A stretch of DNA of 64,000 nucleotides, taken from the NCBI RefSeq assembly GCF_003334765.1, contig NZ_QOWT01000001.1; one strand, 5' to 3'. A program made the position numbers and the translations under genes. The stretch is from Escherichia coli. GTDB taxonomy: Bacteria; Pseudomonadota; Gammaproteobacteria; Enterobacterales; Enterobacteriaceae. The notes under the pieces are model-generated. The model searched no databases. It saw only the letters and a program-made list of their open reading frames with translations, and was not told the origin of the DNA. Below are positions 52,258-62,528 of this stretch, in pieces; the first letter of the stretch is position 1; every line of letters starts with the position of its first letter.

Positions 52258-54681
52258 TTAAACCTTTTCGATCTGGACAAGATTGCTGTGCGACGGGTTT
52301 CCCTTTGCCAGCGGTGAAGGGCGGTGAGAGGTCAGAATATTGATACTGCCGCCGTGATCGACCCGGTCACCAAACATATCCGCTTTAAGCCACGCACCTT
52401 GCCCGATGGCGGTAACGCCAGGCAGAATACGCGGAGTCACTTTTGCGGCAATCAGCATTTCTCCATTATTGTTAAATACCCGCACGGTATCGCCATGACG
52501 GATACCGCGTGCCTGAGCATCAATGGGGTTGATCCACACCTCTTGTGGGCAGGCCTGCTGTAACACATCAATATTGCCGTAGCTGGAGTGGGTACGCGCT
52601 TTGTAATGGAAGCCCGTTAACTGCAGTGGATAGGTTTTCCGCAGGGGATCGTCCCAGCCATCAAAACCTGGGGTATACGCAGGAAGGGGATGAATAATTT
52701 CATCTTTTTTCAATTCCCAGGTATCTGCAATCTTCGCCAGTCGTTCAGAATAAATTTCGATTTTCCCCGAAGGTGTTTTCAACGGGTTTGCCTGTGGATC
52801 TTCACGGAATGCGCGGAAAGCGACGTAGTGTTCTTCCGGGCATTTTTTCTTAAAGATCCCGGTCGTTTTCATCTCCTCGTAGTCGGGCATCTCAGGGTTA
52901 CGTTCCTTCGTTTTCGCATGGAGATATTTGATCCATTCATGCTGACTGCGACCTTCAGTAAAGGTTTGATAAACGTCTGGTCCTAAGCGTTTGGCGACTT
53001 CACTCAGCATCCAGTAGATGGGTTTGCGTTCAAATTTTGCTGAGGTTGCGGGTTGGGCGAGGATCACATAGCCCATATTCCCTGCAGATTCATGAGAGAT
53101 AAGGTCTTCTTGCTCTGTTGGCATCAGGTCGGGCAACAGGATATCGCAATACTTAGCCGAGGCCGTCATGAAGTGGTCAATGCCAACAATCATCTCGCAC
53201 TTGCTGTCATCCTGAAGCACCTCATGGGTGTGATTGATGTCGCCATGTTGATTGATCAATGTGTTACTGGCGTAGCACCATAAAAACTTGATGGGGACAT
53301 CCAGTTTTTCTTTTCCACGAACACCATCACGGGTCGCGGTCATTTCCGTACCATGGTCGATGGCATCTGTCCATGTAAAGACGGAAATCTGCGTTTTAAC
53401 AGGATTCTCGAGCATCGGGAACCATTCTACCCCCAGATCCCAGCTACCTTCGCGTACGCCTGAGTTGCCGCCGTTTATGCCGACGTTGCCGGTGAGAACG
53501 GAAAGCATGGCAATAGCGCGGGATGTTTGCTCGCCGTTGGAATGTCGTTGTGGCCCCCAACCCTGACAAATATAAGCAGGTTTTGCTGAACCGATCTCTC
53601 GTGCCAACTGGATAATTTTTTCTGCCGGGATGCTGGTGATTTTTGCTGCCCATTCCGGCGTTTTAGCTATGCCGTCAGGCCCTTCGCCCAGAATATAGGC
53701 TTTATAATGCGCGTTACGTGGTGCGTTGGCGGGCAGCGTTTTTTCATCGTAACCAACACAATATTTGTCGAGAAATGGCTGATCGACCATGTTTTCAGTA
53801 ATCAGTACCCAGGCAATCGCACAGGCCAGTGCGCCATCGGTGCCAGGGCGAATGGGCAGCCATTCATCTTCACGCCCGGCAGCAGTGTCGTTATAACGTG
53901 GATCGATGACGATCATGCGTGCGTTTGAACGTTCGCGGGCTTGCTCGACGTAGTAAGTGACACCACCGCCGCTCATCCGCGTTTCTGCCGGGTTATTTCC
54001 GAACATAACGACCAGTTTCGTATTGGCGATATCATCCGGGCTGTTGCCATCATTGGCACCGAACATATAACTCATTGCGGCACTGATCTGTGCGGTACTG
54101 TAGCTGCCATAGCGACTGAGAAAACCACCGCAAGAGTTCATCAGACGGTACGGGACGTTTGAGTTGGTGATGTTTCCGCCATCTACGCCTGTTCCGTACA
54201 GGACATGTACAGCCTCATTGCCGTAATCTTTCAGGATCCGCCGAAGATTATCACTGATGGTATCCAGGGCTTCGTCCCAACTTATCCGTTCAAATTTACC
54301 TTCACCGCGCTTGCCGACGCGCTTCATGGGATATTTCAACCTATCAGGATGATTCATCCGTCGGCGGATAGAGCGCCCGCGTAAACACGCTCGAACCTGA
54401 TGATTACCGTAGACGTCGTCACCTGTCGTATCAGACTCCACCCAGTACACGGTGTCATCTTTCACATGCAAACGTAACAGACAGCGGCTCCCGCAGTTAA
54501 CGGTGCAGGAACTCCAGACCGCTTTCTCTTCTACCGGAGCCTCTGCCGCCCGGACCATTTGGGAAAATGGCAGAGTGAAAGCACTGCTTGCCAGCGCAAG
54601 ACTGCCAAGTGCGGAGGTTTTCATCAGACTTCTACGGCTGATTTCAGCCTTCATGAGCGCCTCTGTGGTATGGATTTTCAT
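52258..54681 (-). CDS. ynfF: molybdopterin (bis-MGD) S-/N-oxide reductase catalytic subunit, DmsA paralogue
   Basis: About 807 aa; Tat signal ISRRSLMKTSALGSLALASSAF; N-terminal Cys cluster CTVNCGSRCLLRLHV; alternative start one codon upstream at 54684. Confidence 0.9.
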   Translation of the reverse strand: MKIHTTEALMKAEISRRSLMKTSALGSLALASSAFTLPFSQMVRAAEAPVEEKAVWSSCTVNCGSRCLLRLHVKDDTVYWVESDTTGDDVYGNHQVRACLRGRSIRRRMNHPDRLKYPMKRVGKRGEGKFERISWDEALDTISDNLRRILKDYGNEAVHVLYGTGVDGGNITNSNVPYRLMNSCGGFLSRYGSYSTAQISAAMSYMFGANDGNSPDDIANTKLVVMFGNNPAETRMSGGGVTYYVEQARERSNARMIVIDPRYNDTAAGREDEWLPIRPGTDGALACAIAWVLITENMVDQPFLDKYCVGYDEKTLPANAPRNAHYKAYILGEGPDGIAKTPEWAAKITSIPAEKIIQLAREIGSAKPAYICQGWGPQRHSNGEQTSRAIAMLSVLTGNVGINGGNSGVREGSWDLGVEWFPMLENPVKTQISVFTWTDAIDHGTEMTATRDGVRGKEKLDVPIKFLWCYASNTLINQHGDINHTHEVLQDDSKCEMIVGIDHFMTASAKYCDILLPDLMPTEQEDLISHESAGNMGYVILAQPATSAKFERKPIYWMLSEVAKRLGPDVYQTFTEGRSQHEWIKYLHAKTKERNPEMPDYEEMKTTGIFKKKCPEEHYVAFRAFREDPQANPLKTPSGKIEIYSERLAKIADTWELKKDEIIHPLPAYTPGFDGWDDPLRKTYPLQLTGFHYKARTHSSYGNIDVLQQACPQEVWINPIDAQARGIRHGDTVRVFNNNGEMLIAAKVTPRILPGVTAIGQGAWLKADMFGDRVDHGGSINILTSHRPSPLAKGNPSHSNLVQIEKV

Positions 54682-54741
54682 CATTACTCACTTATTGCTT
54701 TTCAAACAAAATGTCATGCCAGAATTTATGGTTGTCGTGGG

Positions 54742-57168
54742 TTATATTTTTTCGATCTCGACCAGATTAGTGTGCTGCGGGTTTCCCTTCGCCAGTGGTG
54801 AAGGGCGCAGAGTGGTTAGCGTATTCACACAGCCGCCATGGTCGATTTTATCGCCAGACATATTGGCCTCGTGCCAGGCTCCCTGGCCCATAGCGCTAAC
54901 TCCAGGGAGAATACGTGGTGTTACTTTGGCTGGTAGCCGAACTTCGCCACGATGGTTAAACACCCGCACCATATCGCCGTTGGCAATCCCACGTTTCTGC
55001 GCATCTATAGGGTTGATCCACACCTCCTGACGGCAGGCAGCCTTCAGGAGATCAATATTGCCGTAGGTCGAGTGAGTACGGGATTTGTAATGGAAACCAA
55101 ACAGTTGCAGTGGGAAGGTTCTACGTTCAGGGGAGTTCCAGCCTTCAAAGGTTGAGGCATAAACTGGCAATGGGCTTATCACTTCATCTTTTTCCAGTTC
55201 CCAGGTACGGGCAATTTCCGCCAGCCTGCTGGAATAAATTTCAATCTTACCGGAAGGCGTTTTAAGTGGATTTGCCTCGGGGTCGTCACGAAATGCTTTG
55301 TAGGCGACAAAATGGCCATTGGGATCTTTACGCTTATAGATACCCATTTTTTTCAGTTCGTCGTAAGACGGTAACGCCGGATCTTTGGCAAGCATTTTGG
55401 CGTACAGATGTTGTAACCATTGTTCCTGCGTGCGACCTTCTGTGAACTTTTGATAGACGTCAGGTCCAAGACGTTTCGCGACTTCACTCAGGATCCAGTA
55501 AATCGGTTTGCGTTCGAATTTTTCGCTGGTGACAGGCTGGAGGAAAATGAGATATCCCATGTTACCGGCGTAGTCGTTAGGAATAATATCTTCCTGCTCA
55601 ACGGTCATCAGGTCTGGCAGCAGAATGTCGGCATATTTTGCCGATGAGGTCATAAAGTTTTCGATGACCACAATCATTTCGCATTTCGATTCGTCCTGCA
55701 GAATTTCATGCGTTTTGTTGATGTCAGAATGCTGATTAACGAGGGTATTTCCCGCGTAGTTCCAGATGAACTTAATGGGCACATCCAGTTTATCTTTGCC
55801 GCGGACGCCGTCGCGGATTGCCGTCATTTGCGGACCATGATCGATAGCATCTGTCCAGCTGAAGCAGGAGATTGACGTTTTGACCGGATTATCCAGCACC
55901 GGCAGGCGTTCTATGGTAATGGTATAGGTCGATTCACGCGCGCCACTATTTCCGCCGCTGATGCCGACATTGCCCGTCAAAATAGGTAACATAGCAATAG
56001 CGCGTGCAGTCAGTTCGCCGTTTGCCTGGCGTTGTGGCCCCCAGCCCTGGCAGATATAAGCGGGTTTTGCTGTGCCAATTTCACGCGCCAGTTTGATGAT
56101 ACGGTCCTCCGGGATACCGGTAATTTGCGAAGCCCACTGCGGCGTTTTCGCTGTTTTATCGTCACCTTCACCAAGAATATAGGCTTTATAGTGACCATTT
56201 TTGGGTGCATCTGCGGGTAAGGTTTTTTCGTCATAGCCGACGCAGTATTTATCGAGAAAAGGTTGATCAACGAGATTTTCGTTAATCAATACCCAGGCAA
56301 TACCCGCAACCAGCGCGGCATCGGTGCCCGGGCGAATAGGGAGCCATTCGTCTTCACGACCGGCAGCCGTATCGGTATATCGCGGATCGATAACAATCAT
56401 TTTGGCGTTCGATTTCTCGCGCGCTTTTTCAAGAAGATAAGTGATGCCACCACCGCTCATGCGGGTTTCTGCCGGGTTGTTACCAAACATCACGACCAGC
56501 TTGCTGTTTTCAATATCCGTGGTGCTGTTGCCATCATTACTGCCGTAGGTGTAGGGCATGGCACAGGAAATTTGCGCAGTGCTGTAGGAGCCATACTGGT
56601 TGAGTGAACCGCCGTAGCAGTTCATCAGGCGTTTGACCGCCGAGGCTGATGGCGAAGAGCGGGTCATATTGCCGCCAACGATCCCCGAAGAGTACTGAAT
56701 ATATACAGCCTCATTGCCATATTGTTCGACGGTTTTCTTCAGGCTACTGGCGATAGTATCCAGGGCTTCATCCCAGCTAATCCGTTCGAATTTGCCTTCG
56801 CCGCGTTTGCCCACGCGTTTCATTGGGTAATTCAAGCGATCGGGATGATTAATACGCCGGCGGATGGAGCGACCGCGCAAACAGGCGCGTACCTGATGGT
56901 TGCCGTACTCATCGCTGCCGGTATTGTCAGTTTCCACCCAGGTCACTTCATTATCTTTAACATGTAGACGAAGTGCACAGCGGCTACCACAGTTGACGGA
57001 ACAGGCACCCCAGACCACTTTTTCGCGGGCCTGTTGTACCGCTGCTGCTGCATTGCGCAGGGTAAACGGCAAAGAAAAACCGCCTGCAGCCAGCGCCAGA
57101 GAACCTATCGCGGTAGATTTAACGAGTGTTCTGCGGCTGATGCCCACCATTCGTTCATTTTTGGACAT
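54742..57168 (-). CDS. ynfE: molybdopterin (bis-MGD) S-/N-oxide reductase catalytic subunit, DmsA paralogue
   Basis: 808 aa; Tat signal GISRRTLVKSTAIGSLALAAGGF; Cys cluster CSVNCGSRCALRLHV; colinear paralogue of ynfF. Confidence 0.9.
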   Translation of the reverse strand: MSKNERMVGISRRTLVKSTAIGSLALAAGGFSLPFTLRNAAAAVQQAREKVVWGACSVNCGSRCALRLHVKDNEVTWVETDNTGSDEYGNHQVRACLRGRSIRRRINHPDRLNYPMKRVGKRGEGKFERISWDEALDTIASSLKKTVEQYGNEAVYIQYSSGIVGGNMTRSSPSASAVKRLMNCYGGSLNQYGSYSTAQISCAMPYTYGSNDGNSTTDIENSKLVVMFGNNPAETRMSGGGITYLLEKAREKSNAKMIVIDPRYTDTAAGREDEWLPIRPGTDAALVAGIAWVLINENLVDQPFLDKYCVGYDEKTLPADAPKNGHYKAYILGEGDDKTAKTPQWASQITGIPEDRIIKLAREIGTAKPAYICQGWGPQRQANGELTARAIAMLPILTGNVGISGGNSGARESTYTITIERLPVLDNPVKTSISCFSWTDAIDHGPQMTAIRDGVRGKDKLDVPIKFIWNYAGNTLVNQHSDINKTHEILQDESKCEMIVVIENFMTSSAKYADILLPDLMTVEQEDIIPNDYAGNMGYLIFLQPVTSEKFERKPIYWILSEVAKRLGPDVYQKFTEGRTQEQWLQHLYAKMLAKDPALPSYDELKKMGIYKRKDPNGHFVAYKAFRDDPEANPLKTPSGKIEIYSSRLAEIARTWELEKDEVISPLPVYASTFEGWNSPERRTFPLQLFGFHYKSRTHSTYGNIDLLKAACRQEVWINPIDAQKRGIANGDMVRVFNHRGEVRLPAKVTPRILPGVSAMGQGAWHEANMSGDKIDHGGCVNTLTTLRPSPLAKGNPQHTNLVEIEKI

Positions 57169-57267
57169 AACTCACTCCCTGTTCTTTATCGTTATATAAA
57201 AGTTTATATATTGAATATTTAGCGCGCTAACAATAGAGGGAGTCTACCCATTTTGGGTTAAGAATTA

Positions 57268-57281
57268 TTAATCCATATCAA
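57268..57281 (-). promoter_or_regulatory. candidate FNR-type site upstream of ynfE
   Basis: Minus strand reads TTGATatggATTAA (9/10 match to TTGAT-N4-ATCAA), about 100 bp upstream of the ynfE start; function inferred only. Confidence 0.3.
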
Positions 57282-57366
57282 TAGAAGGGTATGAGTAATA
57301 AGGTGGGATTATGTTGTATGTTCAAATCGCCGGATTTGTCATATCCGGCGTTCAGTCGATAATGTG

Positions 57367-57672
57367 TTACTGCGGTTCGGCAGGCGCGCCATCCTGGCTA
57401 GACTGCGCGGGAGCAGAGACGTTACCGCTGGTGGTGCGGGTATAGAGAATTTTATGCGTATCATTAGCGCAATGGCCGACGACCTGGGAATCAGGCTGAT
57501 CAACCTGGTCATTGGGTACAATACTTAACGTGAAGCTGCTTTCGGGTACGCCATTATTGATAATGCGCTGTGATATATCGCTCTGTATGCGCTCACAGGA
57601 TCCCGGCGCGGCGAGTACCGCGGGTGAGGCGAGGGCGAGCAGAAGCGCGGCACAGCAGGTTGAGAGTTTCAT
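57367..57672 (-). CDS. ynfD: small secreted protein YnfD (DUF1161)
   Basis: ORF track gives 115 aa; trimmed to MKLSTCCAALLLALASPAVLAAPGSCERIQSDISQRIINNG... (101 aa) with signal peptide. Confidence 0.85.
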   Translation of the reverse strand: MKLSTCCAALLLALASPAVLAAPGSCERIQSDISQRIINNGVPESSFTLSIVPNDQVDQPDSQVVGHCANDTHKILYTRTTSGNVSAPAQSSQDGAPAEPQ

Positions 57673-57779
57673 CATAAGCTCCTTACGCGAAGATAACTTC
57701 TTTAAGCATAGCATTTAACGTGTAAAGTACTGTATTTGCTACTATGATTGAGAATCATCTCTACTCTCTGGTGACTGTT

Positions 57780-58490
57780 GTGAAATACAAATTACTACCA
57801 TGCTTACTCGCGATATTCCTCACAGGATGTGACCGCACAGAGGTAACACTTTCATTTACCCCTGAGATGGCCAGTTTCTCTAATGAATTCGATTTTGATC
57901 CGCTGCGTGGTCCGGTAAAAGATTTCACTCAGACATTAATGGATGAGCAAGGTGAAGTGACGAAACGTGTTTCTGGGACTTTGTCGGAAGAAGGCTGTTT
58001 TGATTCACTCGAATTACTGGATCTGGAAAATAATACCGTGGTCGCTCTGGTACTGGACGCCAATTATTACCGTGATGCCGAGACGCTGGAGAAGAGAGTA
58101 CGTTTACAGGGAAAATGCCAGCTAGCAGAATTACCTTCTGCCGGGGTGAGTTGGGAAACCGATGATAATGGCTTCGTGATTAAAGCCAGCAGCAAACAAA
58201 TGCAGATGGAATATCGCTATGATGATCAGGGTTATCCGCTGGGTAAAACCACGAAAAGTAACGACAAAACATTATCTGTCAGCGCCACGCCATCAACGGA
58301 TCCGATCAAAAAATTAGATTACACAGCGGTTACTTTACTGAATAATCAACGGGTTGGTAATGTAAAACAGAGCTGTGAATATGACAGTCACGCTAATCCG
58401 GTGGACTGTCAGCTAATCATTGTTGATGAAGGAGTAAAACCCGCCGTCGAACGGGTTTACACCATCAAAAATACGATCGATTATTATTAA
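57780..58490 (+). CDS. ynfC: UPF0257-family lipoprotein YnfC
   Basis: In-frame GTG at 57780 gives (M)KYKLLPCLLAIFLTGCDRTEV... (236 aa) with lipobox LTGC; the ORF-track ATG at 57744 adds 12 codons. Confidence 0.8.
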   Translation: MKYKLLPCLLAIFLTGCDRTEVTLSFTPEMASFSNEFDFDPLRGPVKDFTQTLMDEQGEVTKRVSGTLSEEGCFDSLELLDLENNTVVALVLDANYYRDAETLEKRVRLQGKCQLAELPSAGVSWETDDNGFVIKASSKQMQMEYRYDDQGYPLGKTTKSNDKTLSVSATPSTDPIKKLDYTAVTLLNNQRVGNVKQSCEYDSHANPVDCQLIIVDEGVKPAVERVYTIKNTIDYY

Positions 58491-58492
58491 TG

Positions 58493-59053
58493 CTATTGTG
58501 CGGTCGGCTTCAGGAGAGTCTGACCCGGTGTTTTGTGCTCTGCCAGATACTGATGCTGGAATATACACATGCGAATGGCATTACGATATTGACCATTAAT
58601 AAAGAACTCGTGCATCAATTCACCTTCAACCGAAAAGCCAAGCTTGCGGTAAATGTGAATCGCTTTTTCATTCTCTTTATCAACGATCAGATACAGCTTA
58701 TAGAGATTGAGAACGGTAAAGCCATAGTCCATTGCTAATTTGGCGGCACGGGTTGCCAGACCTTTCCCCTGATACTCCGGGGAGATAATTATCTGAAATT
58801 CTGCGCGGCGATGAACATGGTTAATTTCCACCAGCTCCACCAGACCGGCTTTTTCGCCGTCACATTCCACCACAAAGCGCCGTTCGCTCTGATCGTGAAT
58901 ATGCTTATCATACAGATCAGAGAGTTCAACAAAGGCTTCGTAGGGTTCCTCAAACCAGTAACGCATCACACTGGCGTTATTGTCGAGTTGATGTACATAG
59001 CGTAAATCTTCACGCTCCAGCGGGCGTAGCTTAACACTGTGGGCGCTTGGCAT
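58493..59053 (-). CDS. speG: spermidine N1-acetyltransferase (GNAT)
   Basis: 186 aa, [41 protein letters not shown]..., GNAT fold. Confidence 0.93.
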   Translation of the reverse strand: MPSAHSVKLRPLEREDLRYVHQLDNNASVMRYWFEEPYEAFVELSDLYDKHIHDQSERRFVVECDGEKAGLVELVEINHVHRRAEFQIIISPEYQGKGLATRAAKLAMDYGFTVLNLYKLYLIVDKENEKAIHIYRKLGFSVEGELMHEFFINGQYRNAIRMCIFQHQYLAEHKTPGQTLLKPTAQ

Positions 59054-59087
59054 AACGTGTCCTTACATTCCTTAAATCAATAACAGG

Positions 59088-59429
59088 TTAGGGGGTAATA
59101 ACGCGGCCAGTTCGACGGTCCAGGCAGCGCAAAGTATTGGGCTCCCAGTAGGCATTGATGTTGGCGCTTTGCTCACATTTATCGCGGTTATCAAAAGCGG
59201 CGTCGGCTTTATCCCACTCTTTTTCAGTGCGTTTATTCACTTTCTGGCGCAGATTGCGCGTGTCATTCCATTGCTCTTTTTCCATAGCGGCGTGCTGGCG
59301 GCTTTGTGCACTGTCGCCAGACTCAATCACCAGTTTGTTAGTTTCGGCATGAACAGTTGTGCTCAATGCCAGTGCGCAAGGCAGCAGAATAGCGAGCAGG
59401 CCGATTCGTTTGCTGAGAGTGATTTTCAT
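59088..59429 (-). CDS. ynfB: periplasmic protein YnfB (UPF0482)
   Basis: 113 aa, signal peptide [28 protein letters not shown]. Confidence 0.85.
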
Positions 59430-59563
59430 AATTCATTCCCTGTATGAATGATTAAAGGTGATTCTACACCATCCACTGCGGACGCAAAACGTACCAGGAG
59501 GGTGTTTATATTGATGATATTATGTCGCCCTATAACTATACATGATGTCAATAAGAGACAAAG

Positions 59564-59890
59564 ATGATTAAAACAACGTTACTATTTTTTGCTACTGCGC
59601 TGTGTGAAATTATTGGATGCTTTCTGCCCTGGTTGTGGTTAAAACGAAACGCCAGTATCTGGCTGTTGCTTCCGGCGGGGATTTCACTGGCGCTGTTTGT
59701 CTGGTTGTTAACGTTGCATCCAGCGGCGAGTGGGCGTGTTTACGCGGCTTATGGTGGCGTTTATGTCTGCACGGCGTTGATGTGGCTGCGCGTTGTGGAT
59801 GGCGTGAAACTGACTCTTTATGACTGGACGGGTGCGTTGATTGCGCTTTGCGGCATGTTGATCATTGTTGCGGGCTGGGGGCGCACGTAG
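59564..59890 (+). CDS. ynfA: UPF0060-family inner-membrane protein YnfA
   Basis: 108 aa, four TM helices, [35 protein letters not shown]... Confidence 0.88.
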
Positions 59891-60095
59891 GAACATAAAT
59901 CCATTTTATCAATAAGATAAGAGGAAGTGTCAGCTGACAAAAGGTATTCTATTTCATCTTTTGTCAACCATTCACAGCGCAAATATACGCCTTTTTTTGT
60001 GATCACTCCGGCTTTTTTCGATCTTTATACTTGTATGGTAGTAGCTCAGTTGCGTAGATTTCATGCATCACGACAAGCGATGCAAGGAATCGAAC

Positions 60096-61310
60096 ATGAA
60101 GATCGTAAAGGCTGAAGTTTTTGTTACCTGTCCGGGGCGTAATTTCGTCACATTAAAAATCACCACTGAGGACGGTATTACGGGCCTTGGGGATGCCACC
60201 CTCAATGGACGTGAGCTTTCCGTGGCCTCTTATTTGCAGGATCACCTTTGTCCGCAGCTTATTGGTCGCGATGCGCACCGTATCGAAGATATCTGGCAGT
60301 TTTTCTATAAAGGTGCTTACTGGCGTCGCGGTCCGGTTACGATGTCGGCCATTTCAGCGGTTGATATGGCGCTGTGGGATATTAAAGCCAAAGCTGCCAA
60401 CATGCCGCTTTACCAGTTACTCGGCGGCGCGTCTCGTGAAGGGGTGATGGTTTATTGCCATACCACCGGTCACAGTATTGATGAAGCTCTGGATGATTAT
60501 GCCCGTCATCAAGAGCTTGGATTCAAAGCCATCCGCGTGCAGTGCGGAATCCCTGGTATGAAAACCACCTACGGCATGTCGAAAGGTAAAGGTCTGGCTT
60601 ATGAACCCGCAACCAAAGGACAGTGGCCGGAAGAGCAGCTGTGGTCGACGGAGAAATACCTCGATTTCATGCCGAAATTGTTTGACGCGGTACGTAACAA
60701 GTTTGGTTTTAATGAACATTTGCTGCATGACATGCACCATCGCTTAACGCCTATTGAAGCGGCGCGCTTTGGTAAAAGCATTGAAGATTATCGCATGTTC
60801 TGGATGGAAGACCCGACGCCTGCGGAAAACCAGGAATGCTTCCGTCTCATTCGCCAACATACCGTCACACCCATCGCAGTGGGTGAAGTCTTCAACAGCA
60901 TCTGGGACTGCAAACAACTGATTGAAGAGCAACTCATCGATTATATCCGCACCACGCTGACCCATGCAGGCGGAATTACCGGTATGCGCCGGATTGCCGA
61001 TTTTGCTTCGCTGTATCAGGTACGTACTGGCTCACACGGTCCTTCCGATTTGTCACCAGTCTGCATGGCTGCGGCGCTGCACTTTGATCTGTGGGTCCCC
61101 AATTTCGGTGTCCAGGAATACATGGGTTATTCCGAACAAATGCTCGAAGTCTTCCCGCACAACTGGACTTTCGATAACGGCTATATGCATCCGGGAGACA
61201 AACCGGGTCTTGGTATCGAATTCGATGAAAAGCTGGCGGCGAAATATCCCTATGAACCTGCTTATCTACCATTCGCACGTCTGGAAGATGGCACGCTGTG
61301 GAACTGGTAA
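60096..61310 (+). CDS. rspA: starvation-sensing protein RspA (enolase-superfamily dehydratase)
   Basis: ORF track gives 415 aa; trimmed to [40 protein letters not shown]... (404 aa). Confidence 0.92.
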   Translation: MKIVKAEVFVTCPGRNFVTLKITTEDGITGLGDATLNGRELSVASYLQDHLCPQLIGRDAHRIEDIWQFFYKGAYWRRGPVTMSAISAVDMALWDIKAKAANMPLYQLLGGASREGVMVYCHTTGHSIDEALDDYARHQELGFKAIRVQCGIPGMKTTYGMSKGKGLAYEPATKGQWPEEQLWSTEKYLDFMPKLFDAVRNKFGFNEHLLHDMHHRLTPIEAARFGKSIEDYRMFWMEDPTPAENQECFRLIRQHTVTPIAVGEVFNSIWDCKQLIEEQLIDYIRTTLTHAGGITGMRRIADFASLYQVRTGSHGPSDLSPVCMAAALHFDLWVPNFGVQEYMGYSEQMLEVFPHNWTFDNGYMHPGDKPGLGIEFDEKLAAKYPYEPAYLPFARLEDGTLWNW

Positions 61311-61321
61311 GGAGTAAGATA

Positions 61322-62341
61322 ATGAAAAGCATATTAATTGAAAAACCGAATCAACTGGCGATTGTCGAACGTGAAATACCCACCCCGTCAGCGGGTGAAG
61401 TACGAGTAAAAGTGAAACTTGCCGGAATTTGTGGTTCAGATAGCCATATTTATCGTGGGCATAATCCTTTTGCGAAATATCCGCGCGTCATTGGTCATGA
61501 ATTCTTTGGCGTCATTGATGCAGTGGGTGAAGGCGTGGAAAGCGCCAGAGTCGGTGAACGTGTTGCTGTCGATCCGGTGGTCAGCTGTGGGCATTGCTAT
61601 CCGTGCTCTATAGGTAAACCGAACGTTTGTACGACACTGGCTGTATTAGGTGTGCACGCTGACGGTGGTTTCAGTGAATATGCCGTGGTTCCGGCAAAAA
61701 ATGCGTGGAAAATTCCTGAAGCAGTGGCCGATCAATATGCGGTAATGATCGAACCTTTTACCATTGCGGCTAACGTAACCGGACATGGTCAACCGACTGA
61801 AAATGATACCGTTCTGGTTTATGGTGCCGGTCCAATCGGCCTGACGATCGTTCAGGTATTAAAAGGCGTCTATAACGTTAAAAATGTGATTGTTGCCGAT
61901 CGCATTGATGAACGACTGGAAAAAGCGAAAGAGAGCGGGGCTGACTGGGCGATTAATAACAGCCAGACACCGCTTGGCGAGATTTTCACTGAAAAAGGCA
62001 TCAAGCCGACATTAATTATCGATGCGGCTTGTCATCCTTCTATCCTGAAAGAGGCCGTAACGCTGGCTTCTCCAGCGGCACGTATTGTATTGATGGGGTT
62101 CTCCAGTGAACCGTCTGAAGTGATTCAGCAAGGAATTACCGGAAAAGAACTCTCTATTTTCTCTTCACGCTTAAATGCAAATAAATTCCCGATCGTTATC
62201 GACTGGTTAAGTAAAGGGTTAATTAAACCAGAAAAATTAATTACCCATACGTTTGATTTCCAGCATGTTGCTGATGCCATTAGTTTATTTGAACAGGATC
62301 AAAAACATTGCTGCAAAGTCTTACTCACTTTTTCTGAATAA
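61322..62341 (+). CDS. rspB: starvation-sensing protein RspB (Zn-dependent medium-chain dehydrogenase)
   Basis: ORF track gives 347 aa; trimmed to MKSILIEKPNQLAIVEREIPTPSAGEVRVKV... (339 aa); Zn-ADH motifs GHEFFG and Rossmann GAGPIG. Confidence 0.92.
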   Translation: MKSILIEKPNQLAIVEREIPTPSAGEVRVKVKLAGICGSDSHIYRGHNPFAKYPRVIGHEFFGVIDAVGEGVESARVGERVAVDPVVSCGHCYPCSIGKPNVCTTLAVLGVHADGGFSEYAVVPAKNAWKIPEAVADQYAVMIEPFTIAANVTGHGQPTENDTVLVYGAGPIGLTIVQVLKGVYNVKNVIVADRIDERLEKAKESGADWAINNSQTPLGEIFTEKGIKPTLIIDAACHPSILKEAVTLASPAARIVLMGFSSEPSEVIQQGITGKELSIFSSRLNANKFPIVIDWLSKGLIKPEKLITHTFDFQHVADAISLFEQDQKHCCKVLLTFSE

Positions 62342-62398
62342 TACCAATAACGGCGAGTAAGTAGTACGCATCTTACCTCTTTTTTAGAGATAACCATT

Positions 62399-62509
62399 AT
62401 GACAATAGAAAAACACGAAAGAAGCACTAAGGATTTGGTGAAAGCAGCAGTATCGGGATGGCTGGGCACTGCGCTTGAATTTATGGATTTCAAGAGTCAT
62501 GCGTGTTAA
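62399..62509 (+). pseudogene. 5' fragment (36 codons) of an MFS metabolite:H+ symporter gene interrupted by prophage insertion (ydfJ-like)
   Basis: Hand-translated MTIEKHERSTKDLVKAAVSGWLGTALEFMDFKSHAC*; the GxxLExxDF pattern resembles the N-terminus before TM1 of ProP/ShiA/KgtP-type transporters; the frame ends in AT-rich phage-like DNA. Confidence 0.55.
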
Positions 62510-62528
62510 CTATTTGATAAATATTAAA

